In this document: one piece after another, positions 8,046-17,200 of the stretch | Layout: each line of letters begins with the position of its first letter | Position numbering within the stretch: position 1 is the first letter of the stretch | Source: a virus | Lineage: Duplodnaviria > Caudoviricetes | Virus record (IMG/VR): IMGVR_UViG_3300031519_000138 | Location: 1-31,017 of that record | Strand: one strand, 5' to 3' | Length of the DNA stretch: 31,017 nucleotides | Notes under the pieces: model-generated | Database searches by the model: none | The model's input: the letters and a program-made list of their open reading frames with translations, nothing else | Told to the model about the DNA's origin: nothing | Program-made: the position numbers and the translations under genes

Positions 8046-11000
8046 ATGAATATAAAAGGTTACGTGGATATTTCTCTCTACAATGTAGAAACTGGCGAGC
8101 TAGAGCACGAGGAAAAAACTTGGCATAATGCTGTGCTGAACTCAAATCTTTTCATGCAGTCCCCTTTTTATTGGAATAGCAGAGGCGCATTGCAAAATAC
8201 TTCTAAAAAGTTCGTGTATAATATAGTATGTGGTGATTCTTATATCTCAAGTATTAATAAAAACTCTTTTGCCTACCCTGGTAGGTGGTATTTTACGGTG
8301 AATTTGGACGGTACGACTGCCCTTACTCAAGACGCAGACTATAATTCCGTAACTATGACAATGGTTAAAAAGCTGGATCCACCGACTCAGGCCGCGATTA
8401 GGAATATTCATAGTGTTGGTCTTAGCTATGATTCGGCCGCTACTACTGCGTTTCTACCGTTTATAACCGTAGCCAGTAATCCTATTCCTGTTGTACAGTC
8501 CTCCAGTCAATTCGCTATAATTCAATATACAGTTGTAATTCAATTAGGCCAAAGAAATGACTGGGCAACAGAGTGGCTGAGTGCTTTACAGACGTCCTCA
8601 ACATACAATATGACTATTACGAATACCGGAAATGACCACGACGGTCCAACAGGCTTCAGTACTAATACTATATATAACGATGGTTATCCAGTATCACTTT
8701 GGGCCGGCAGAACAGGTGCATATAGAAACTATGATACGTACGCCGCAGGTCATTTTTACCCTAGAAGAAACCAGCCAATACTTTCTTGGACTGGTACTGA
8801 CATTGCTAATAAACCAAACTCATTTGGATTTGTAACCAATCATAACAGCGGTGAAATTAATAGCGGGGTTTCTGTTTCGTCCTTGAACTACCGAGCGTGG
8901 GACCAACTAGGTTTTCATAAACTCGAACTTCCAATTGGATATGGAGGAGCTTCTTATGAGGGCCATATAACTGGTTTTGTAGCGGGCGAAACTAATATAG
9001 GAGGTATAGCACATAATCCAGCAAGACTATTATCCTTAGGAGAAAACAAGACTCAAAATTATTATGGAAAAGTCAATAGCCCTACTATACCTTTTTTCCT
9101 GGTAAGCGAGTTGCCCTCTACTTCGGCGACTATTACTTTGGATACCTCTTTATATGACCCTAAGTACCATGAGTTTTGGAAAATAGACTTTGGGGGCTCT
9201 ACTGGCGGAGTGGGTACCGCTGAGTACTCTTTTATGAAACGCTACATTTCTAGCTTTGATGGAAATACCTTCACCCCTGAGCTAATGAACCACAATATAC
9301 TAACCATAAATGCCACTAGTGCCAGTGCTGAAAAATCCGCAGCAACCCAGCATAATGAAGTGACAATCAACGATACCAACATCATTAAGTGGAGAGGTCC
9401 GCTTAGTCGTTTGGATGGCTATGACGATTATGACACTAGCAACGCCAATAAGATTGGGCTATCGGGACTCTCCCAAGATTACTTGATAACTAAAAATTGG
9501 GAAGGTAATATGCCTATAAGAATATTTCCAGGGGATGATAGATATACTTATAATGTAACCCAAAAAGAAATAGTATTGTTAAGCTGGTTGAATGAGGAAA
9601 TTATTAGAATTAATGTAATTAACTACCCCTCGTTCTCTCCTTCTAATATTTCAGGGTATGACTACGATGAAGTATCTGATACTTTTTGGATTTCTTGCAC
9701 AGACACGGGAATCTGGTCTGTATCGACTCCTTTAGGGTCTCCTAGCATAACTAACCATAACGTAGTAGGTCTTTCGAATGTTACCACCACCACTGAAAAT
9801 AAAGCGTATACTTTAGATCTGGGAATAAATTTAGGCTCTTTTAGAACTGTTTGGGCTATGATCGAAGGCGCTTTAGTTAAGTCTACTGATAATGGGAGTA
9901 CGTGGTCAGCTTACGATAGCACGAGTACAGGAGGCGTGTCCTTTACACAGTCAAATATAGAAGCTCAATGGAGCGTTACTATTGGTCTAAAAGCAGATAA
10001 AAATACAGACGGTAGACTATTGATATTTTATGCGGATGACCCTACAGGAACAGTGCCCCGCTTATATAGTAGCTCCGCCGGTAATAATAACAAGACTGGG
10101 CTAGTTACAACGGGAGCCACTTGGTGGAGCAGTCTTAATGATTGTACTAATTTATCTCCAACTAGTTCTAGTTTTAATTTATTTTATGGCTTGATATACC
10201 CCAGCGCTACTGCTGGATTTTATAGTTTTGCTATACGTAATGGATACACTACGTTTAATGATGCACTCGCAGAAACTCATGATATGAGCCTGATAAGAAG
10301 ACTTTTTAGGTTTACTTACGGAGTGGGTAAGGCCCAGTCTACTTGGTGGATAGTAAGTTACGCTGAAGACGGCACTCAGTCGGTTCCTGCGGGATATGTG
10401 CCTCGGCAACTTTTTTTTGAAAGACAGCTCGGAGCTTCCCCAAGTGTTTTTGGTCAGTTTTCAAATCCAGAAATAAAATATATATCAACGGGCAGGTCAG
10501 GTGGCAACACTACTTTTGGAACGTTAAGATCAAGTGCTTTTAACTGGTTTCCTACACAGACCCCACCTTATAGAACCGACACTTGGTCGATACCTTATGA
10601 GACTGTAGATGACGATAATAATGATGTACTACTAGTAGGTACCTCTTACATCGAGATTGCAGCCAATCAGGCCCCGGCTGCACCCGCCCGAGGGTTCTGG
10701 TTATTTAGATTTTCTACCGGATTAATTACTCAACTCTCTGAAGAACTCTCCTACTACCATTGGTATATTGGAAAAGGGTTGAGATTTAATGGCGACAGCT
10801 ATTCTCATGTAGGGGATCAATATTATGGGTGGGATCCAGCCAATAGCATGATCAGTGAGATTTATGAAAGATACGTATGGACAGGGTCAATCTGGAGACT
10901 AAGAACTAGTGACGCAGACCCTCTTACTTTGAAGTCTACTCATGGCACGACGGATGCTTTAATTGGTGGGGCCACTATTTCTTTTGATGACGATCTTGGG

Positions 11001-12518
11001 TCCTCCTCTTATACTTCAGGAGAGAGTATATCTGCCGTCGTATGCGATGGGATTATGAATGACCTTGCCGTAGGACTTACTACATACTACAGTGGTAAGA
11101 GTACTTACCCAAATGAATTTGTTAAAGAAGTAACAGGAGGAGTAATAGCTCAAAATAATCCTGGAAAGTTGGTTCCTTGGTGTTACCCCGCGGAGACTTA
11201 TAATGAAGAGCAGCACGCCACCAATAGCCCCCAACCAACTGCGGGCACCTTTAATACGGGTAGTTTTTTTAATAATCGTTTTCTTGGTACTTATGGTGTC
11301 AGTTCAGATTCTGCGGGAGTACCGATTAATGTAACTACCATTTATAATCAGGGAGGTTTTAAGGCTTCATCGTACCCGTACTACACTAAATTTAATCTCA
11401 ACACCTCTCAAACTGCGTCAGTGTATAATGGGCCTGTTTCCGGAAGATATCTTTCAAATAGAATGTCAACTACTGATGCCTTTTCGGGGGATTTTCTTCT
11501 AACTTCTTCTATTCTTGAGCCACAGGCTGCAAGTACCACTCTTCAGCCGACGGACTTCTTGTTTTTTAATACTACTAACCCTTCAGTATCTCCCCCTACT
11601 ACAGGATATAATATTGAATACGCTTATGGTTTAGCAGACGCAACTACATTTACAGACGGTCTTAGCCCCTCTACTTCAAATACTAACTGCTCAAGCTTTT
11701 CAGATATAAACTATGGGTTTAAGTTTAGAATGGCTGATAACTACGCGACTTTATTAGGTAAAGCTGGAGAACCTACTACCTTCAGTTTTCAAACTACGGG
11801 AGATACGGGAGACACTTTGTATTACTCCCTTAGTAGTTGCCCTATAGTTATAGAAATTATTGAAGCAGGGGTTGTTAAACATACTATATCGGGAGAGACT
11901 GTAGGAAGTGTCTCACAAGAAGTGGCTTCCGGTAATTCTGGCACAATTAGAGATCATGAACTTAATACAGGCACTGCCGGCGCGGTGATCTCGAAGGGTA
12001 GTACGTATACTCAAATGCAGTTTGGTAGAACGTTTCCTTTATTAACTCCGTGTGGTCTCAAAATAAAAAGAGTTGGTACCACTCTTTCTTACGAGTTCAG
12101 GGGACAGACAGTTTATACTTCTCTCGTCTCTAGCACTGAATCCTTAGTGCTTGTTGACTTTAGGTTTCAAAGGTTTTATAGTGGTATTGGTGAATTAAAA
12201 GATCGATACTCTTCTAGTTCGACCATACATGACATACAAATAGATGCGGGTAATGATTACTGGGTACAAGTGGGCACTTCTGGATCAGGCAACGGAATTT
12301 TTAACTCTGATTTTCTTTTTCTTCAAGTAGCCAATAAACAAGCTTTCTCAATAAAACTCGATGGGGTAGAGGCTAATGTAGTAGAATTAGATGACGCACA
12401 GACTCTAGTCGCGGGACAAGTATCCGTTTACCCTAGATCAGGCCTTATTCGCTGCGCAGCAGCAGACGTGGGTAAAACAGTTACTGTAAATATTCCCTGC
12501 GCGTACTTAGAGCAATAA
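8046..12518 (+). CDS. Large putative tail-associated receptor-binding/structural protein, copy 1 (Asp-box, probable beta-propeller region)
   Basis: 1490 aa, Ser/Thr/Gly/Asn/Tyr-rich and beta-like, with Asp-box STDNGSTW (~9882-9905). Colinear paralog of 14254..18723. SD AGGA lies within the end of the upstream gene. Function is inferred from context. Confidence 0.65.
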   Translation: MNIKGYVDISLYNVETGELEHEEKTWHNAVLNSNLFMQSPFYWNSRGALQNTSKKFVYNIVCGDSYISSINKNSFAYPGRWYFTVNLDGTTALTQDADYNSVTMTMVKKLDPPTQAAIRNIHSVGLSYDSAATTAFLPFITVASNPIPVVQSSSQFAIIQYTVVIQLGQRNDWATEWLSALQTSSTYNMTITNTGNDHDGPTGFSTNTIYNDGYPVSLWAGRTGAYRNYDTYAAGHFYPRRNQPILSWTGTDIANKPNSFGFVTNHNSGEINSGVSVSSLNYRAWDQLGFHKLELPIGYGGASYEGHITGFVAGETNIGGIAHNPARLLSLGENKTQNYYGKVNSPTIPFFLVSELPSTSATITLDTSLYDPKYHEFWKIDFGGSTGGVGTAEYSFMKRYISSFDGNTFTPELMNHNILTINATSASAEKSAATQHNEVTINDTNIIKWRGPLSRLDGYDDYDTSNANKIGLSGLSQDYLITKNWEGNMPIRIFPGDDRYTYNVTQKEIVLLSWLNEEIIRINVINYPSFSPSNISGYDYDEVSDTFWISCTDTGIWSVSTPLGSPSITNHNVVGLSNVTTTTENKAYTLDLGINLGSFRTVWAMIEGALVKSTDNGSTWSAYDSTSTGGVSFTQSNIEAQWSVTIGLKADKNTDGRLLIFYADDPTGTVPRLYSSSAGNNNKTGLVTTGATWWSSLNDCTNLSPTSSSFNLFYGLIYPSATAGFYSFAIRNGYTTFNDALAETHDMSLIRRLFRFTYGVGKAQSTWWIVSYAEDGTQSVPAGYVPRQLFFERQLGASPSVFGQFSNPEIKYISTGRSGGNTTFGTLRSSAFNWFPTQTPPYRTDTWSIPYETVDDDNNDVLLVGTSYIEIAANQAPAAPARGFWLFRFSTGLITQLSEELSYYHWYIGKGLRFNGDSYSHVGDQYYGWDPANSMISEIYERYVWTGSIWRLRTSDADPLTLKSTHGTTDALIGGATISFDDDLGSSSYTSGESISAVVCDGIMNDLAVGLTTYYSGKSTYPNEFVKEVTGGVIAQNNPGKLVPWCYPAETYNEEQHATNSPQPTAGTFNTGSFFNNRFLGTYGVSSDSAGVPINVTTIYNQGGFKASSYPYYTKFNLNTSQTASVYNGPVSGRYLSNRMSTTDAFSGDFLLTSSILEPQAASTTLQPTDFLFFNTTNPSVSPPTTGYNIEYAYGLADATTFTDGLSPSTSNTNCSSFSDINYGFKFRMADNYATLLGKAGEPTTFSFQTTGDTGDTLYYSLSSCPIVIEIIEAGVVKHTISGETVGSVSQEVASGNSGTIRDHELNTGTAGAVISKGSTYTQMQFGRTFPLLTPCGLKIKRVGTTLSYEFRGQTVYTSLVSSTESLVLVDFRFQRFYSGIGELKDRYSSSSTIHDIQIDAGNDYWVQVGTSGSGNGIFNSDFLFLQVANKQAFSIKLDGVEANVVELDDAQTLVAGQVSVYPRSGLIRCAAADVGKTVTVNIPCAYLEQ
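10890..10990 (+). repeat. Near-identical 101-bp island shared with 17053-17153 (copy A)
   Basis: 99/101 identical, including a 71-nt perfect run (10902-10972 = 17065-17135). Same codon phase in both genes. Confidence 0.95.
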
Positions 12519-12519
12519 C

Positions 12520-14250
12520 ATGACAGTAGGATTTCTAGACTTAGCTTCGAGCCTTATAGTGCCGGACAGAAATATAAAGAAAAGCGTAAAGCCTTTATAC
12601 TCTGTTCTGTCTTTTGGCGACGGCTACGAAAGCAGAATCTCTCTGGGCACAGACGGTAGACAAGAAACATATACCGTAACTTTTAACAATAGACCTATTG
12701 AAGAAGTTACCTCAATAACCGGATTTTTCGCAAATAGAGCTAAGTACAAGAATTTCGATTTCACTCTCCCGGACAGTAATGAGCCTTCTGGGGAGAAGAC
12801 TATTACAGTATATTGTGATAGTTACTCTACGATATATGTTAATCAGGTAGTAGGCTCGGTAACTGCCAAGTTTGTTAGAGTATTCGAACTAGTATCTGGT
12901 ACCTCTAATGTTAATATAAACAACTCTAACTTTGCTATGACAGAGGGTCAGACAACAGTAGTAAATATAAGTAGCCTAGAAAGAGGTGCAGAGATCTTAT
13001 ATTGGACTCTTGATGGCGGCTCTTTAGCAGACTTTGTAGCAGTTGATGGTTCGTTTAATACAGCCGGTACTCTCACCTTAGCGACTGGAAGTTTCGAGGT
13101 AAGTACACTAGCCGACGTAACTACCGAGGGAACCGAGCAGATAAATCTCCGCGTTAGATCCGGTTCTATTGGTGGACCCACACTTGCTCAAGTCGTAGTC
13201 ACTGTGCAAGACACTTCCAGAGGTCCAGAGACGTTTAACTTAGTAGATAACGTTGGCGCGGATTTGACCGATGAGTATCTGCTAAAAAATACTTCAACAA
13301 CTATATATGTCGAAGTATTAAATTATGAGCCCGTCAATGACTTGTATTGGTCTTTAGAAAACGGAAATGGAGTAGTCACTCCTTTTACTGGAGTTATTAA
13401 CTTAACAGGGAATTTCGCGTCTAGTACGGGTAATTTTTCCGTAAATGGTGCTGATATACTTTCGGATCAAGTTCGTGTTTTACAACTGAGGAAAGATAGT
13501 GTTTCCGGGCCTATAGTAGATACTTTGAATCTTAACGTTCTTCTAGCCGCCGGGGCACAATTAACAAACAGCTTATATCAACCAGTAGCTTCTTACTCAA
13601 TAGGACCAAACAGTAGCCCAGAATTTATAATTACTGCTTACTTTAAGGGTACTTTACTCCCTATCGAACAAATTTATTGGACTATAGAGGGGGCTACGGC
13701 TGGCGTTGACTTTGTAGCTGTTCAAGGAACCTTCTTACCAGTAGGAAATGATAGTAGCTCTACAGGAAGCTTTCAACTTGAAAAAGCCGTTCCTTCTCCG
13801 GAGTCTATTGAATACTGGATATTAAATCTTCGTACGACAGGTTATACGGGGTCTATTATAGACACGGTAGACTTAGTTGTAGAGACAGCAGGAACGCTGC
13901 TTCCGAGTATACTACCAGAAAGCATTACTCTGAGGGCCGATACAGATTTTACAGCCAGGATCAATGATGCAATTCGTCTTCGATCTGTACCTGTTTCAGC
14001 TAACGAGTCCCTAACTATTTTTGGTACTGTTGATCAAGAGGCTCTAACTGAAACAGACATTACAAGAAACGAGCCCAAGCTCCTTAAACAGACCGATTCT
14101 CCTATAGTTCTATCAGGAACTAACTTGGTAGAAGCAGAAATAAACAATGTTGTACGATTAGATACTATCGCTACAGCTCAAACAGAAACAGTGCAAGTAC
14201 AGGGTAAAACTACCTTTTCCGCGCAAATTAATAATATAACTAGGACATAA
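12520..14250 (+). CDS. Extended distal tail protein, copy 2: gpM/Dit-like domain + three Calx-beta/Ig-like domains + diverged C-terminal repeats
   Basis: 576 aa. aa 1-123 are colinear with 6288 (GFLDL.S..IVPDRN.KKSVKP, KYKNF.FT.PDSNEPSGEK, KF.RVFE). Three (L/I)YW Ig-like units follow, and the C-terminal ~110 aa consist of degenerate ~30-aa repeats. Confidence 0.8.
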   Translation: MTVGFLDLASSLIVPDRNIKKSVKPLYSVLSFGDGYESRISLGTDGRQETYTVTFNNRPIEEVTSITGFFANRAKYKNFDFTLPDSNEPSGEKTITVYCDSYSTIYVNQVVGSVTAKFVRVFELVSGTSNVNINNSNFAMTEGQTTVVNISSLERGAEILYWTLDGGSLADFVAVDGSFNTAGTLTLATGSFEVSTLADVTTEGTEQINLRVRSGSIGGPTLAQVVVTVQDTSRGPETFNLVDNVGADLTDEYLLKNTSTTIYVEVLNYEPVNDLYWSLENGNGVVTPFTGVINLTGNFASSTGNFSVNGADILSDQVRVLQLRKDSVSGPIVDTLNLNVLLAAGAQLTNSLYQPVASYSIGPNSSPEFIITAYFKGTLLPIEQIYWTIEGATAGVDFVAVQGTFLPVGNDSSSTGSFQLEKAVPSPESIEYWILNLRTTGYTGSIIDTVDLVVETAGTLLPSILPESITLRADTDFTARINDAIRLRSVPVSANESLTIFGTVDQEALTETDITRNEPKLLKQTDSPIVLSGTNLVEAEINNVVRLDTIATAQTETVQVQGKTTFSAQINNITRT

Positions 14251-14253
14251 TCT

Positions 14254-17200
14254 ATGAAAATGAAAGGCTTTGTGAAAGTAACAAAAAAAGACGCTAATAC
14301 GGGCGAAGAACTGTATGAGTCTGACTGGATAGAGAATATAATTTATGACGCTAACTTCACTGCCTCTATTAGCGCCCTGTCACTCAGTCTCAGTAATGTG
14401 ACGACCGGCGCGACTCTAAGTGCGCCGACTTTTAACGACCCCTATCAAGCTTATCACCAAGTTTCTGGATCCAATAGGTTTACTCATTATCTGTATGCTA
14501 ATGATCACTATGAGGCTGCCCCTGTTAGTACTGTAAGATCTCAGCCGGGTAAGTTTTGGCAGTTCCAGAAAATTCAAGGAACCCCTTTTGTAGTAATGGA
14601 AGGAAACGGCCAGACTACTACACCCACCCTTAAATTCACTCAACAACTTCTTCCCCCCGTGTCAGGAACTCGTGATATTCATACTATAGGTTGGACACAA
14701 TCGAGACCTACTTATCAGGTTAACACTAGTGCTTCGATCAGAAATAGACCAAAACCAAGAACGGCTGCTTCTTTTACACCAGCTATCACGCAATCTACTA
14801 CAGAAATTCTTGTTGTGGTCTATAAAATAGAATACACTTTCCCCACCTCGTCAACTACTTTATCATATGATCAAATGTCTGCTCTTACTTGGTTAATGGC
14901 GGGGGTACCTAATCCCACACCACAACAATCTCTTGTTTACTACAAAGGCACTAGTAGCGTAAATATGAATAATTCTTCCTCCTACGCAAATGATACTAAG
15001 TATTCCCCTTTTAAAGTACCTCTTGCTAGTCGTAGGCCCAATACTACTTATGTCGCGGGTAAGCCCAATACTGGTGGCCACCCAAGTTTAACATATTGGG
15101 GTCAGTTGGAGACCAACGCTTCTTTTTCTGGGCACGGTTGGGATGGTATTGTTTTCCTAAACTCCGCCCAGGTACAAACCACTGATACTAATGTAGGAGA
15201 CTTCATTAGCTCTATATCCGTCAGAGGAGGGGGTCAGTACGATGCGTGCTGGGTAACTCGTATGATTGGTTCTAACACTAATAAGACTCAACAGTATTAT
15301 GGAAAAGTGTCTGGTTCTACCGTTCCCTTCTTCAGTGCTGGAGAAATACCGAATACGGATGCAACACTTACTTTAGACACCGCCCCCTACTCTACTACTC
15401 TTTTTCCTGAATTATGGTCAATAGACCTAGGTGGCGTAACTGGAGGCGTAGGAACAGCCGAATATTCGTTGAGAAAAAGATATGTAACTGGGTATGTAAA
15501 TAATACCTTGGTACCAAGAATACAAGTTCTTCATCACATTCAGGAGGCTAATATACAAGCTGTAAAGACTTATTCTGATTGGGGAGACCATACGGGCGAC
15601 CTTGCGACTTCTGGGCGAGCTTTACTAAAGAATTCTTACAACAACATAGATAATTACGGAAGGTGGGTAGTTCCAGGTAGTCCTCTAAAGCTCTATGATA
15701 TGATCGAAGACAATGTACATTTCTATAATTTAGAGACCGGAGAGAATAGTGCTGTTAACATTCTACAGTATCCTGCTTTTACCGCTACTAATATAGGGGG
15801 CCACGCGTATGATGAAATCTCTGATACTCTTTGGCTCGCTTGTCAGGATACCGGACTATGGAAAATAGCCAGTCCTTATTCAGCATCTCCAACTGTTAGT
15901 AACTTAGACTTGTCTTCTATATCAGATGTAGCGGCTACGGTAGCTAACAATGCTTATGTAGTCTGTTTAGGTCTCGCTGTAGGCGGGACTCATAGAACTG
16001 CTTGGGCTATAATGAACGGCGCTCTTGCAAAATCGACAGATAATGGAGCAACCTGGGTTGGGTATGACAGTACTTCTGTTGCGGGAGTTACATTTACTCA
16101 AGCAACTATTGAGGGAAAATGGGCCGCAGCAATGTGTATAGTCGCTGATAAAAATACTGATAATAAATTACTAGTGCTTTACGAAACTAATCCTAACTCT
16201 CTGTTATCAGCGCTCGGCTCATATGACTATGGACAAATAAGCGGTGTTTGGTGGGACAATACTAGTGACACTACACAATTAATGGCCGACTCAGGAGCTA
16301 TTCCATTCTATTACCCGGGAAGCGGTGGGGGGACCAGCGCTCGGGTTGGGTTTGGCCATTCGAACACTAACCCACCTTCACGTACTCAACTGGATAACTA
16401 CACGGTTCCCTGGTTTAGAAGAAACTATGTAAATATGATAGGTTGTACCAGAACTCAGAGCCACTGGTATATTGCTCATTTAAACACTAATCAAAGTAAT
16501 TACCTTTCAGGGGGAACTAATAGAAATGCTCCTGTATTACTAACACATGGGACTCAAATTGGAGCCGCAGGTGCCGGCTACACTGAGTTATTGACAGGCG
16601 ATACTTATACTGAAAACTGGAACTCTGGTCTAGTGCCCCAGTGGGCTTTCCCGAAAGGGTTGGCGTCCGCTTATGGTGATTCATGGGTATATTACCAGCA
16701 ATGGGATAATCTTGATCAGAACTACTCATATTGGCAGGGACATACAGAGCATGTCGATGATGACGGTAATGATTGTATTATAAAAAATGGTTCAGATGGC
16801 GGTGGTACTTTTACTACACCAACCAATGTGTATAAATTTACGTTCACTACAAACAGGCTTGACAACATGACTATTAATGCCTGGACAAGTGAGGCACGAC
16901 ACCAGACTCAGTATATTGGTAAAGGACTAATAATTACTTGTGCTTCTGATAAGTTTTATGTATTTTCCTTATCTGATGGGACTATTGAAGGCGTATCTGC
17001 TGCTTCTAAGATGGCGGGCGACGTTTGGCAGAGATATGTATGGACCGGCTCTATCTGGAGACTTAGAACTAGTGACGCAGACCCTCTTACTTTGAAGTCT
17101 ACTCATGGCACGACGGATGCTTTAATTGGTGGGGCTACTATTTCTTTTGATGATGCAGGCAGTACTCAATCTTTTGTTTCAGGAGAGGCCATTTCCGCTC

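Noticed and set aside
10890-17153. 101-bp repeats as an invertible shufflon or DGR
   Set aside because: The repeats are direct, not inverted; no recombinase or RT gene is in the window; mismatches are only two synonymous changes (A/T, C/T).
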